This document shows, piece by piece, positions 48,059 to 58,627 of a stretch of DNA of 64,000 bases. Both the position numbers and the translations under genes were made by a program. The stretch spans positions 288,001 to 352,000 of the forward strand of contig JBNKBE010000001.1 of assembly GCA_050287085.1 (NCBI GenBank). Reading direction: 5' to 3'. The notes under the pieces were generated by a model. It was given only the letters and a program-made list of their open reading frames with translations, was not told the DNA's origin and did not search any database. The stretch is from Polyangiaceae bacterium. Lineage in GTDB: Bacteria; Myxococcota_A; Polyangia; Polyangiales; Polyangiaceae. The first letter of the stretch is position 1; each line of letters begins with the position of its first letter.

Positions 48059-49788
48059 AAGCACAAGTCCTGAGGGGCGCCTTGACGGCGCTGTGGTTGT
48101 TTGGCGCTGGCGCATGCTCGGGAGATCTTCCGGCTGACGAAGAGACGCCCGACACAACTGACGACGACGACGGCACAGCTGGCTCCGACGCGGCCGATGA
48201 CGATACCGCGTCGCCAGATGACGACAAGGAGGACGACGACGCGGCGCCGGAGACGCCCATGCTCGAGCCGGATCCGGAGATCGACGTAAAGGCGCTGCAA
48301 TGTGAAGCCAGCGTCGCTGGCGCGCCTACGCTGCGGCTACTCACCCGTGCCGAGCTGACCTCCACCATCAACAGCGTCTTCCCCGAGATAAGCGGAAAGT
48401 GGAACAACAGCCTCGCGGCAGACTCCCGTAACAGCCTAGGTTTCGACAACTGGAGTGGAAACCAGCTCGGAGCACAGCAGGCGGGCAAGGTCTCAGACAC
48501 TGCCGAGTCCATCGGCGGCGCGGTAGCTAGCTCCGTAGAGCAGCTATTACCTTGCGCCACCGCGGCCGATCGCGCCTGCGCAGAAAGCTACGTGCAGAGC
48601 TACGGCAAGCGGCTATTTCGCCGTCCGCTCACGACCACTGAGCGCGAACGCTATCTCTCACTTTTCGACAGCGCGCTGAGCCAAACGGACTTCGCGACCG
48701 GCATCAAGTTCGTTACGGCCGCGCTTGTGCAGTCCCCCAACACGCTCTACCGCAGCGAGCTTGGCAAGGTGGAAGGCGACAAACGCGTGTTGTCTCCGTA
48801 CGAAGTCGCCACTGCCCTGGCCTACACCTTCACCGGGACAGCCCCGTCGGACGAACTCTTGGCCCAGGCGGAAGAGGGCGAACTGGACCCAGCTGTAAGC
48901 GCGCGCGAGCTGCTCGCCACCGACGCTGGAAGCGAGAGCTTGTTGCGCTTCTTTGATGGGTACATGAACTTCCGCTACGCGGGCACCATCGAAAAAAGCG
49001 ACGCAGACACCGATGGTATTAGCTACTCACAAATAAAAGAAGCCATGGTCGACGAGACCCGGGCGTTCTTGAAGCATGTGTTGATCGAGGAAGGGGGCTC
49101 CGTCGCCGATCTACTGACCAGCCCCGTCACATTTCCAAGCAAAGAGCTGGCGAGCTATTACCGGCTACCGGAGCCGGACGCCAATGGTGCTGTAACACGT
49201 CCCGAAGGGCGCGGCATTGGTCTGCTCGCCCAAGGCGCCTTCTTGGCTTCAAAAGCAAGCCCCGATTCATCTTCTCCCACGCGCCGCGGTGTGTTCGCCT
49301 TCGAGCGCCTGTTGTGCCAAGCTCGGCCTCCAGTTCCGGACCAGGTGCCCCAGCTCCCCTCGGTTGAACAGACGGGGGATATGACGACCCGGCAACGCTA
49401 CGAGGACCTCCACGCTGCAGGCGGGGTATGTGCAGCGTGCCACGCCGCCTTCGATCCGATGGGCTACGCCTTCGAGCACTATGACCAAGCAGGTCGCTAC
49501 CGCGACAATGAACGCGGTCTGGACATCGATACCACGGGCAAGGTCGATCTCCCCATCGTGGGCAAGCTGAGCTTTGACGGTCAAGAAGACCTGATGACCC
49601 AAATCGCGGCATCTCCAATCGCAGCTCAATGCTTGACGGCTTATCTCGCAACCTACGCTTTTGGAACCAGCCAGCAGTGCCTGGGCACTCATAGCGCCGA
49701 AGGGGCCGCAGCCGGGACCCTAAGCGTTCGTGAAGCATTTGAAGCCCTTGCGACCGAGCCGCACTTCACGGAGCGCGCTCTCAAGTAG
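48055..49788 (+). CDS. DUF1592/DUF1588/DUF1595-type lipoprotein with CxxCH heme motif
   Basis: GAGAC lipobox, LRLLTRAE, RLFRRPL, SSPTRRG, CAACHAAFDPMGYAFEHYD..GRYR. Confidence 0.87.
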   Translation: MKAQVLRGALTALWLFGAGACSGDLPADEETPDTTDDDDGTAGSDAADDDTASPDDDKEDDDAAPETPMLEPDPEIDVKALQCEASVAGAPTLRLLTRAELTSTINSVFPEISGKWNNSLAADSRNSLGFDNWSGNQLGAQQAGKVSDTAESIGGAVASSVEQLLPCATAADRACAESYVQSYGKRLFRRPLTTTERERYLSLFDSALSQTDFATGIKFVTAALVQSPNTLYRSELGKVEGDKRVLSPYEVATALAYTFTGTAPSDELLAQAEEGELDPAVSARELLATDAGSESLLRFFDGYMNFRYAGTIEKSDADTDGISYSQIKEAMVDETRAFLKHVLIEEGGSVADLLTSPVTFPSKELASYYRLPEPDANGAVTRPEGRGIGLLAQGAFLASKASPDSSSPTRRGVFAFERLLCQARPPVPDQVPQLPSVEQTGDMTTRQRYEDLHAAGGVCAACHAAFDPMGYAFEHYDQAGRYRDNERGLDIDTTGKVDLPIVGKLSFDGQEDLMTQIAASPIAAQCLTAYLATYAFGTSQQCLGTHSAEGAAAGTLSVREAFEALATEPHFTERALK

Positions 49789-49889
49789 TCATTCGGCAGT
49801 CCCGACAGCCCGTAGCGGCGGGAGCGCGGTTCGAGACAGTCTCCCCCAAGGCCTGGCTCGAACTGCGGCGCTGGGCGCTGCCTCAATGG

Positions 49890-50942
49890 CTATGGGACCA
49901 TCGCACTGAGCACCTGCGCCACCGCGTCGGAAAGCGGCGGAAGTGCCGTTTCTAGGTTTACGGTCGAAAAATCGCGAGCGGCTACGCGCCGAAGAAAGTC
50001 CCCTGCGACCTTCGGAGCGGTTGGCAAGGGCGACGCCAGCGCGACGCCGGCGCGACTGGCCATCAGGGCGTTGAGTCGTTGTTCCGCATCCCGGGGGTGG
50101 TAAACCGCAAGGAGGGGCTTTCGCCGAAGCACACACTCCGCCAAGAGATTGCTTCCGGCGCTGGCTACCACACACTCACACGCCTCGAGAGCCGCGCGAA
50201 ATGCAGTCGTCTCGATGCCGTGACTGCGCACTCCAGGCACATTCGACGCTTGGGGACCGAAGTAGAGAACCTCGCCGCCGCCACGCTGCAACGCACGAAG
50301 CAAAGCATCGCCGCCCCCATCGCGCAGGTAGCATAAGGTTCGCCCCCGGGCGGACTCGTCCGCAGCTGGGCTCCACTCAGGCTCTGGCCGTGCCACGATC
50401 ACCCGTGGATCCGAGCTCTGAAGTGGGAGAAAATGCACGGCCACGGCGCGGGTGGCTAGCTGCGTCGGCGCGCCGTTGAGGCGCTGGTAGTAGAGCGACC
50501 CAAGCGGTAACCCATCGGGAGCAACTCCGGCGCGAAATACCTGATCGTGCCCCACGGCCAGGCTGGGTACCCCAATGAGGCGGGCCGCAACGATACTGGC
50601 CTGATCGCCGTCGCTAATGACCATTGCGGGCCGACTCGAACGCAGATGCGCCGCGTCGCTGAGCGCGCGTGAGACGAGACGAAGCGGCGCCGCCGGACCG
50701 GGAAGGAGTGGCTCGCGCAGGGCAAGCGCTCCCAGCTCCTGTCCTTTCAGGAAAGCAGCCGTCGCTTCGCTTGCGTAGAACGCGGGTGCTAAGCCTCGCG
50801 CCGCAAGCGCACGAAGCACCGCCGGGACTCGACTCGCATGCCCCTTGCCGCGACCGTGCACGTAATACGCAACGACACCACGTTTTCCCACGGGGTAAGC
50901 AGCACCTCCGGCTTCAGACGCCACAGCTTCGGTCGACGGCAT
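49890..50942 (-). CDS. GT-B glycosyltransferase (MJ1255/VC2487-like)
   Basis: YVHGRGKGHASR, VISDGD, VVASAGSNLLAE, EQRLNA. Confidence 0.78.
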   Translation of the reverse strand: MPSTEAVASEAGGAAYPVGKRGVVAYYVHGRGKGHASRVPAVLRALAARGLAPAFYASEATAAFLKGQELGALALREPLLPGPAAPLRLVSRALSDAAHLRSSRPAMVISDGDQASIVAARLIGVPSLAVGHDQVFRAGVAPDGLPLGSLYYQRLNGAPTQLATRAVAVHFLPLQSSDPRVIVARPEPEWSPAADESARGRTLCYLRDGGGDALLRALQRGGGEVLYFGPQASNVPGVRSHGIETTAFRAALEACECVVASAGSNLLAECVLRRKPLLAVYHPRDAEQRLNALMASRAGVALASPLPTAPKVAGDFLRRVAARDFSTVNLETALPPLSDAVAQVLSAMVP

Positions 50943-50960
50943 GAAGCTCGAAAGACGCGC

Positions 50961-51425
50961 TCAAAGCGGTAGCAGTGGCCGAGCCGCTGGATAGAACGGC
51001 CATGGGATGCTCAACACAATCGCGAGCAGCCCCAGACCAAAAAACAATAGGGCTCGCTTGTGCTTGAGCGCATCGGACGTCGCTCGTTTGACCCGCGCTG
51101 AGCCAATGGTGACTAGGATCACCCCGAGCAACATGCCAAAGGGATGCTCAACGAGGAAGAAACGCACCGCTCCGACCTTCATCGCGGCGCCAAACTGTCC
51201 GAAATACGCCGTCGTAAGCGGCGACACGGACGTGTAGAGCAAGAGGCCCAGCACCGCGCTCAGGTGCAGGCTGGCAACGAATATCAGCGCTGCCCGGCGG
51301 TCCGCAGCCTCGTACACGAGCCCCTGGGTCTTACCGCGCCTGGCGCGGTAGAGCGCCCACCCGCCAGCAGCGAGGACAACCCAGCGTAGAACGGAGTGCA
51401 GCCCCAACACGATCGCGTATAACAT
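50961..51425 (-). CDS. Four-TM His-containing membrane protein (cytochrome b-like)
   Basis: LHSVLRW, SLHL, RFFLVEHP, IPWP. Confidence 0.7.
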   Translation of the reverse strand: MLYAIVLGLHSVLRWVVLAAGGWALYRARRGKTQGLVYEAADRRAALIFVASLHLSAVLGLLLYTSVSPLTTAYFGQFGAAMKVGAVRFFLVEHPFGMLLGVILVTIGSARVKRATSDALKHKRALLFFGLGLLAIVLSIPWPFYPAARPLLPL

Positions 51426-51609
51426 GCGCGCCATCATGGTCTGCGCAGCCAGCGGGGCCAAGGCGACGTCACGACTCTCACTTCAAAAAGCCGGAAAACG
51501 GGCGCGGGCGCCTGCTCAAGCGCTGACCGAACACCTGGCCGCCTCGCGAAAACACCTCATCGCTGGGCCCCGAGTTTACAAGCGCGATCCTGGGCCGCAC
51601 CTTCTGTGG

Positions 51610-53967
51610 GTGTCCCAGACCTCAGACGCCGAATACCACCTGCCCATCGAAGGCATGACGTGCAACGGATGTGCTGCGCGGCTGTCAAAACAGCTGGCAG
51701 CGGTCCCCGGGGTCCGCAGCGCGGAAGCCCACTATGCAACGCGCGAAGCCGTGATCACCGGTGACGATGTAGATCTAACGGCGCTCCGCGAGGCGACGGA
51801 ACGCGCCGGCTTCGAACTCGGCTCGGAAACAACACGTCTGAATATCTCCGGGATGTCGTGCTCAAACTGCGCCCTTGGACTCACCAAGCGGCTGATGGAG
51901 GCCCGTGGTGTGCTCCGCAGCGACGTCAGCTTCGCCACGGGAACAGCTCTCGTCGAGTACGTGCCTGGGCTGACGGATGTCGGCGCTTTGGCTGAGGTGG
52001 TTCGCGGCGCCGGCTACGATATCGGGGATGCCAGCTCGGTCGCGAAAGAAGAGCAAGAACACGAACTGCGCGATCTCGGGCTCTCAGCTCTGCTGACCCT
52101 TCCACTACTACTTCCCATGTTCGTCATGCCCCTCGGTCTGCATTGGGCGTTGCCCGGGGAATTGCAGTTGCTGCTGGCCGCGCCCGTTCAGTTTCTCTTC
52201 GGCGCAAGGTTCTACCGGGGCGCCTACTTTGCCGTGAAGAACCGAAGCGGCAATATGGATGTACTGGTGGCCGTTGGCACTTCAGCCGCCTTTGGTGTCA
52301 GCGTCTTTGAGCTAATGGGGGGGGGCCATGACCTCTACTTTGAGGCCTCCACGGCGGTGATTACCTTCGTCCGCCTGGGCAAGTGGCTGGAAGGCCGCGC
52401 CAAACGAGGCACCCTCGAAGCCCTGACCGCACTGATGTCGTTGCAGCCAAAGACGGCGCGAGTCATGCGCGGCAAAGTCGAGCGCGAATTGCCCTCGGAG
52501 CTGGTTGTTGTGGGGGATCACTTCGTGGTGCGCCCAGGCGAAAGCGTCCCGGTCGACGGACGTATCCTCAGCGGAGAAACCGAGCTCAATTTGGCGCAGC
52601 TCACGGGCGAAAGCCTTCCGGTCGCCAAAGGGCCCGGCGCGCTCGTGCCCTCGGGTGCCATCAACGGCACCGGATTGCTCCAGCTGCAAGCCGTGGGCAC
52701 CGTCAAGGACTCTGCGCTCGCGCGAGTCGTAAACGCGGTTCAGAGCCTGAGTTCAGGCAAAGCCAAAACACAACGTTTGGTCGACCGCGCATCCGCCCTC
52801 TTCGTTCCGGTTTTGATGGCCATCGCGCTGGCGACCTTCGTCGGCTCGCTCGCTTTCGGGGTGGCCGCCGAAGGCGCCTTGCTGCGCGCGGTTGCCGTGC
52901 TCGTGATCGCCTGCCCCTGCGCATTGGGGTTGGCCACGCCGACGGCCCTGATGGCCGGCAGCGGCGCCGCGGCGCGCGCAGGGATACTGATCCGCGATCC
53001 GGCCGCTGTCGAAGTGGCGGGGCGGATCGATCACGTCGCGTTCGACAAGACGGGGACGCTTACCCAGGGCAAGCCAGCCCTCGATGACATCTGGGCCGAA
53101 GGCGACGAGAAGGACGCGTTGGCGCTCGCTTCAGCATTGCAGCGTGGCAGCGAACACCCGCTGGCAAAGGCATTCTTGAGCGCGGCCAAGGCACAAGGCC
53201 TGTCGCTGCCGAGCGTCGCGGAGTTCCGCGCGGTCCCGGGCCGAGGCGTTCAAGCCTTAGCCGAGGGACATCCCGTGCAGCTCGGGAGCCTCGCCTGGAT
53301 GTTGTCGCAAGGGGTCGACCTAGAAGCGGTTGGTCCCGCTATCGAGCACACGCAGCAGGCAGGAAAGACCCTGGTCGTGCTTACCCGTGACGGGCGTGCA
53401 ATAGCCGGCTTTGGATTGACCGACCCACTGCACGAGGGGGCTGCAGAGGCGATCGCACAGCTCAAGGCGCGGGGCATCGCCGTTTCATTGTTGAGCGGTG
53501 ATCGCCGGGCCGCTGCTGAGCGCATCGCCCACCAACTCGGAATAGCAGAAGTCGAGGCGGAACAACTGCCCGAGGACAAGGCGCAGAAACTCATTGCGCT
53601 CAGGGATGCTGGCGCAACAGTCGCAATGGTGGGTGATGGCGTCAATGACGCCCCCGCGATGGCGGCCGCGGCTCTCGGAATTTCCGTATCCGGCAGCAGC
53701 GATATCGCCGTTCACGCCTCTGGCATCTCGCTGATGCGTCCTGATCCACGCTTGGTACCGGCAGCCCTTGAGATCGCAAGACGATTGCAGAGGACGATCG
53801 CCGAGAACCTGTTCTGGGCGTTCTTCTACAACTGCGCCGCGATCCCGCTGGCTGCGTTGGGGCGTCTCAGCCCCGCGCTTGCGGGCTTGGCTATGGCTAT
53901 GTCGAGTGTGACGGTCATGCTCAACTCGCTCCGCCTGAGAGCGTGGAAGCCCAAGATCGACTCATGA
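51610..53967 (+). CDS. copA: P1B-1 copper-translocating P-type ATPase with two HMA domains
   Basis: GMTCNGC, GMSCSNC, TGES, CPCALG, DKTGT, HP, GDGVNDAP, YN and MAMSS. Confidence 0.93.
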   Translation: MSQTSDAEYHLPIEGMTCNGCAARLSKQLAAVPGVRSAEAHYATREAVITGDDVDLTALREATERAGFELGSETTRLNISGMSCSNCALGLTKRLMEARGVLRSDVSFATGTALVEYVPGLTDVGALAEVVRGAGYDIGDASSVAKEEQEHELRDLGLSALLTLPLLLPMFVMPLGLHWALPGELQLLLAAPVQFLFGARFYRGAYFAVKNRSGNMDVLVAVGTSAAFGVSVFELMGGGHDLYFEASTAVITFVRLGKWLEGRAKRGTLEALTALMSLQPKTARVMRGKVERELPSELVVVGDHFVVRPGESVPVDGRILSGETELNLAQLTGESLPVAKGPGALVPSGAINGTGLLQLQAVGTVKDSALARVVNAVQSLSSGKAKTQRLVDRASALFVPVLMAIALATFVGSLAFGVAAEGALLRAVAVLVIACPCALGLATPTALMAGSGAAARAGILIRDPAAVEVAGRIDHVAFDKTGTLTQGKPALDDIWAEGDEKDALALASALQRGSEHPLAKAFLSAAKAQGLSLPSVAEFRAVPGRGVQALAEGHPVQLGSLAWMLSQGVDLEAVGPAIEHTQQAGKTLVVLTRDGRAIAGFGLTDPLHEGAAEAIAQLKARGIAVSLLSGDRRAAAERIAHQLGIAEVEAEQLPEDKAQKLIALRDAGATVAMVGDGVNDAPAMAAAALGISVSGSSDIAVHASGISLMRPDPRLVPAALEIARRLQRTIAENLFWAFFYNCAAIPLAALGRLSPALAGLAMAMSSVTVMLNSLRLRAWKPKIDS

Positions 53968-56900
53968 ATAGGCAGCGGCCCCGGTCCGCGCTCCCCGCAG
54001 CAGAAGCTGGCCTCGCCGGTTTCTCTGAGGTCACGCAGAGCTGGTTTGCGAAACGATTTGGCACTGCCACTCGAGCGCAACAGCTGGCTTGGCCCCATAT
54101 CCTCCGCGGCAGCTCCACTCTGCTCATGTCCGAAACGGGCTCGGGCAAGACGCTGGCCGCCTTCTTGGTTGCACTCGACCGCCTGATGTTCGACAGTTCT
54201 CCGCGGGCGCCGGGGGTGAAAGTCGTCTACATCTCACCCCTCAAGGCTCTGGCGGTGGACGTCGAGAAGAACCTGCAACAGCCGCTCGACGAGCTGTTGC
54301 GGACGGCTGCCGCCAGCGGCACACCGGTCTCACCTCCAAGCCTCGCGCTTCGGAGCGGCGATACATCCGCCCGTGCGCGGCGCTTGCATCAGCGCTCCCC
54401 GCCAGACGTACTGTTAACCACGCCCGAGTCGCTGTACCTGATCTTGACCTCCAACGCCCGAAGGATGCTTGAAACGGTCGAGTGCATCATTGTAGACGAA
54501 ATCCACGCGCTCTGTGGAAACAAGCGCGGCGCGCACTTGACCCTCAGCCTCGAGCGCCTCGAGGCCTTGCGCACGCGTCCCACGCCGCTGCAGCGGATCG
54601 GCTTGAGCGCAACCGCCCATCCGAGCGATGGGGTCGCGCGTTTTCTGGTCGGCCGCGAGCCAAGCGGCGCGCCGCGCGCGGTGACGCAAGTGGTCGTTCC
54701 AAGCGCGAAACGGCTCTGTCTGCGTGTCGAGGCCCCCCTATTCGGTCAGGGCCGCGAGCTGCCCAAAGCCGACCGCCCGGAAAAGGGTCCGATCGACGGC
54801 GAGGAAGGCTGGCAGCTGGCGCACGAGAAGTTCCTGGCCCTGATCCGCAGGCATCACACCACGTTGCTCTTCGTCAACAGCCGTCGTCAAGCGGAGCGAC
54901 TAGCGGGTGCTCTCAACGACGAGGCGGGCGAAGAGGTTGCGCTCGCCCACCATGGCTCATTGGCCCTGGACAAGCGAACGCGCGTCGAAGCGCGACTGAA
55001 GAGCGGCACCCTCCCCGCCATCGTCGCCACCGGCTCGCTCGAGCTGGGTATCGACATGGATGCGGTAGACCTGGTCATCGCTGTGGAGCCTCCCCCCAGT
55101 GTTGCCAGCGCACTACAACGCTTCGGGCGAGCCAACCACCAGGTAGGTGGCACATCGAAGGCGATCCTCTTTCCGAAATTCCAAGCCGAGTTGCCCACCG
55201 CTGCGACCGTAACGGCGCGTTCACTTGCGGGCTTGGTCGAAGCGACACATCCGCCCCAAAACCCCCTCGACGTCCTGGCTCAGCATGTTGTGTCGCACGT
55301 TGCCTGTGCGCCGCTCCGAAGCGATGAGCTGTATGCGCTGGTCCGGCGTGCGGAACCTTTCGCCACACTGTCGCCAGACCTATTCGAGCGTGTCTTGACC
55401 ATGCTGAGCGGAGGTTACCCAGGCGAAGCACTCACGGCCTTCCGACCCCGGATCACTTATGATCGCAATCAATCTGAACTCCGTCCGCGGCGTTCATCCA
55501 AACTGCTAGCCACCGCCAATGCAGGCACCATCGTAGACCGCGGCCTATACGGTGTCTTCCTCGCTGGCAGCGACCCCCCGGCTCGCGTGGGTGAGCTCGA
55601 TGAGGAGATGGTCTTTGAACTACGCGTAGGCGAGGTCTTCGTACTGGGCGCAAGCTCTTGGCGCGTCGATAGCATCACCGCCGATCGCGTGCTGGTCTCC
55701 CCCGCCCCCGGCCAGCCGGGGAGAATGCCGTTTTGGCGTGGCGAGCGCCCTCCGCGCCCTTTCGACTTTGGTGCCGCCACTGGTGAATTGCTGCGCGAGC
55801 TCACCAGTCTCGACGCCGACGCGGCACTACAACTGCTGCAAGAGGCCCACGCCTTGACGCCGGCGGCGGCCAGCGCCTTCCTCTCGTTGCTCGAGGATCA
55901 GGCCGCGCGAGGTCTCGTACCTCACGACCGTCGCATCGTGGTCGAGAGCGTGATCGACGAAAGCGGCGAACGCATCGTCGTCTTGTCACCATTCGGCGGC
56001 CGCGTGCACGCACCGTGGGCCCTGGCCGTCACTACCTGGTTCGAACGTCGCTACCGCTTGCGCCTCGATGCGCTTTGGACAGACGAGGGTATGGTATTCC
56101 GCATGCCCGAGGCCGATCTCGAACTCGATGCACACACCTTCGTGCCGAGCCAACACGAGGTCACAGCGCTGGTGCGGGAGGGACTTGCAAGTTCGGCGCT
56201 ATTTGCCGCCACTTTTCGCGAGTGTGCCGCACGAGCTCTGCTGCTACCAAAACGCCGACCAGGAGAACGAGTTCCCCTTTGGCTTCAACGCCGCAGAGCC
56301 CAAGACCTGCTCTACGCCGCCAGTCAGCTCCCAGACTTTCCAATCGTACTCGAAGCGTACCGGGAGTGCCTGCACGATACCTTCGACCTGCCGAATCTGA
56401 TCGAGATATTGCAGGGAGTTGAACAAGGTCGTATCGAGGTGGTCCCATACGTCGGATCCGGCCCGTCGCCTTTCGCGACAAACGTCCTGTTCTCTTTTGT
56501 CGGCAATTTCGTATACGCCGGAGACGCGCCTCTCGGAGAACGTCGTGCCCAGGCGCTAGCCTTGGATCCAGAACAGCTCGGTGAGCTTCTGGGGGAGCCG
56601 AGCTTCGCTGCTGTGCTGGATCCGGACGCCATTGAGGCGGTAGTAGCCCAGGCCTCGCAGCCCTCTCGGCCCTTGCGGGACGAGGACGATCTGCACGACT
56701 GGCTCCTGCAGCAGAGCGCGTTGAACGAAGACGCCGTCCGAGCTCTCGCATGCGCACCCGGATCGGTGAGTGTAGCCCACTGGCTCGACCAGCTTGTGCA
56801 TGAAAGGCGAGCCATTGCACTGGATTCGCCCCGCGGACGGCTATGGGTCGCCATCGAGAACGCAGGGCGTTACGCTTCGGCGTTGGGTGTTTCCTTACCA

Positions 56901-58514
56901 CCACATGTCCCCTCCGCATTGCAAGGCCCAGCGCGCAACGCCAGCGCCGACGTCGCGCTCGCTTTTGCCCGCAGCCACGGCCCTTTCGTCGCAAGCGATC
57001 TAATCGCCCACTTCGGCCAACACTGCGACTGGCAGGCGTGCCTGGACACTTTGGTTTCCGAACGAACCCTCCTGAAAGCTCGCTTCCGCGCTCAATCGAC
57101 CGCGGAGGAGTACCTTCACCGTGCCCTTCTGACCCGGGCCCAACACCTCACGCTCAAACGGCTACGTGCGGAAATTGCACCGCGGGCGCCGGCTGACTAC
57201 GCGCGACTGCTGCTGTCGGTACAACACGTGACACAGCGGCTGCGCGGAGAAGAGGGTCTATGCGAAGTGCTCGTCCAACTGGAAGGGGTATCGCTACCAC
57301 TCAGCACCTGGCTCGAAAGTGTTCTTCCCTCACGCCTCGAAGATTTTTCGGCCCGGGACCTCGAATCCCTGTGCGCGGCCCGAGACGTGTTGTGGCAAGC
57401 GAGCGGCAAGCAACGTAGTGACGTGCGCATCGCTTTCTACCTTCCGGATTCCTTTGCTTCGCTGGCTCGCGCGCCAGAAGCCGTCACGACGGAACTAGCG
57501 GCTCAAGTCCGGCAACAACTGCAAGGCGGCGCCGGCTTGTTCTTCCCCGATCTCGCTGCCAGCGTCGGCGGATTCCCGCCGGATCTGCTGCGAACTCTTT
57601 GGGATATGATGCTAGCGGGCGAGCTCACCAACGACACATTGCGCCCGCTCGTGTCCGCGTCGACGGCTGCGACGGCCCCACGCGCCCGAACCGGAGCTGG
57701 AGCCCCGACGCGGCGCCAGCGCTTGCCGGGCAGCGAAGGGCGTTGGGCATTGCTGCCGACCGGCAGGGCCGCCAGCGAGGAAGCGCGGCGCTCCGCTGAG
57801 GTCAACCTGCTATTGCGACGCTGCGGAGTCCTCTCCCGTGAGGCGATCCAACGGGCAGAGGTCTCCGGCGGCTTCCAAGCCCTCTATCCAGTATTGTCCG
57901 CCCTCGAAGCCCGTGGACGAGTTCGGCGCGGGTATTTCGTCGCGGGACAGGGGCCCAATCAATTCGCCCTCCCGGAAGTAGCTGAACGCCTTCGCGCCCC
58001 TATCACCCCAGACTCGAGCGAGCACGTGTGCTGGCTGTCGGCAGCTGATCCCGCTAGCGCCTATGGCCTGGCGCTGCCGTGGCCAGAAGGCATGCGCGGA
58101 CGGCCGAGCCGCAGTCCAGAAGCCTGGGTCGCGCTGCACTCCGGTGAGCTTCTGGCCTTTGCCTCCCCCAACGGGCGCGGGCTCCTGCTTGCAGTGAAGG
58201 GCGAGCCAGAGCAGACGCAGCGCCAACTCGACGCGCTGCTCCTGAGTCTACCGGAGCAAGCTCGCCGCTGGGGTAGCCATGCTTGGCTGCTTGAAAGCAT
58301 CGACGAACGCCCCGCAGCCGATGCGCTCCCGCACGCGGGTGCGCTGATGGACGCCCAATCACCCGGCAGCCCCGAAGTCGCCGCATTGTTTCAGGACCGA
58401 CTGCAAGGGGCGCCCCACGTCAGCGTGCGCAGCGACGGGTTGCTAATACGTCACGCAAGCGCCCTGGGCACCCGCCAAGTGAGGCCTGCGTCCCCCGGCG
58501 GGAAGAGCGAATGA
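53964..58514 (+). CDS. lhr: Full-length Lhr ATP-dependent helicase
   Basis: TGSGKT, YISPLKAL, DEIH, IGLSAT, HHGS, LELGID, MPFWRGE, C-terminal RRGYFVAGQGPNQFA and AADPA.YG. Confidence 0.92.
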   Translation: MNRQRPRSALPAAEAGLAGFSEVTQSWFAKRFGTATRAQQLAWPHILRGSSTLLMSETGSGKTLAAFLVALDRLMFDSSPRAPGVKVVYISPLKALAVDVEKNLQQPLDELLRTAAASGTPVSPPSLALRSGDTSARARRLHQRSPPDVLLTTPESLYLILTSNARRMLETVECIIVDEIHALCGNKRGAHLTLSLERLEALRTRPTPLQRIGLSATAHPSDGVARFLVGREPSGAPRAVTQVVVPSAKRLCLRVEAPLFGQGRELPKADRPEKGPIDGEEGWQLAHEKFLALIRRHHTTLLFVNSRRQAERLAGALNDEAGEEVALAHHGSLALDKRTRVEARLKSGTLPAIVATGSLELGIDMDAVDLVIAVEPPPSVASALQRFGRANHQVGGTSKAILFPKFQAELPTAATVTARSLAGLVEATHPPQNPLDVLAQHVVSHVACAPLRSDELYALVRRAEPFATLSPDLFERVLTMLSGGYPGEALTAFRPRITYDRNQSELRPRRSSKLLATANAGTIVDRGLYGVFLAGSDPPARVGELDEEMVFELRVGEVFVLGASSWRVDSITADRVLVSPAPGQPGRMPFWRGERPPRPFDFGAATGELLRELTSLDADAALQLLQEAHALTPAAASAFLSLLEDQAARGLVPHDRRIVVESVIDESGERIVVLSPFGGRVHAPWALAVTTWFERRYRLRLDALWTDEGMVFRMPEADLELDAHTFVPSQHEVTALVREGLASSALFAATFRECAARALLLPKRRPGERVPLWLQRRRAQDLLYAASQLPDFPIVLEAYRECLHDTFDLPNLIEILQGVEQGRIEVVPYVGSGPSPFATNVLFSFVGNFVYAGDAPLGERRAQALALDPEQLGELLGEPSFAAVLDPDAIEAVVAQASQPSRPLRDEDDLHDWLLQQSALNEDAVRALACAPGSVSVAHWLDQLVHERRAIALDSPRGRLWVAIENAGRYASALGVSLPPHVPSALQGPARNASADVALAFARSHGPFVASDLIAHFGQHCDWQACLDTLVSERTLLKARFRAQSTAEEYLHRALLTRAQHLTLKRLRAEIAPRAPADYARLLLSVQHVTQRLRGEEGLCEVLVQLEGVSLPLSTWLESVLPSRLEDFSARDLESLCAARDVLWQASGKQRSDVRIAFYLPDSFASLARAPEAVTTELAAQVRQQLQGGAGLFFPDLAASVGGFPPDLLRTLWDMMLAGELTNDTLRPLVSASTAATAPRARTGAGAPTRRQRLPGSEGRWALLPTGRAASEEARRSAEVNLLLRRCGVLSREAIQRAEVSGGFQALYPVLSALEARGRVRRGYFVAGQGPNQFALPEVAERLRAPITPDSSEHVCWLSAADPASAYGLALPWPEGMRGRPSRSPEAWVALHSGELLAFASPNGRGLLLAVKGEPEQTQRQLDALLLSLPEQARRWGSHAWLLESIDERPAADALPHAGALMDAQSPGSPEVAALFQDRLQGAPHVSVRSDGLLIRHASALGTRQVRPASPGGKSE

Positions 58515-58570
58515 CCTCACTGGCTGTGGCGAGAAAGCGACTCTGCTGGGCGCCCGCGCTGATAGCCGCG

Positions 58571-58627
58571 GCGCCGATAGAACCGCGGCGCCGATATGAC
58601 TACTGCGCCGATATGACTACTGCGCCG
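58571..58627. repeat. 17-bp-period tandem repeat at the FKBP gene 3' end
   Basis: GCGCCGATATGACTACT x2 plus degenerate upstream copy GCGCCGATAGAACCGCG. Confidence 0.8.

Noticed and set aside
49825..49867. Stem-loop between convergent DUF1592 and GT genes as a terminator
   Set aside because: Long loop and no U-tract; too weak to call
3825..58514. SMUG1 and Lhr as a joint uracil-repair system
   Set aside because: About 50 kb apart with unrelated genes between; no evidence of linkage
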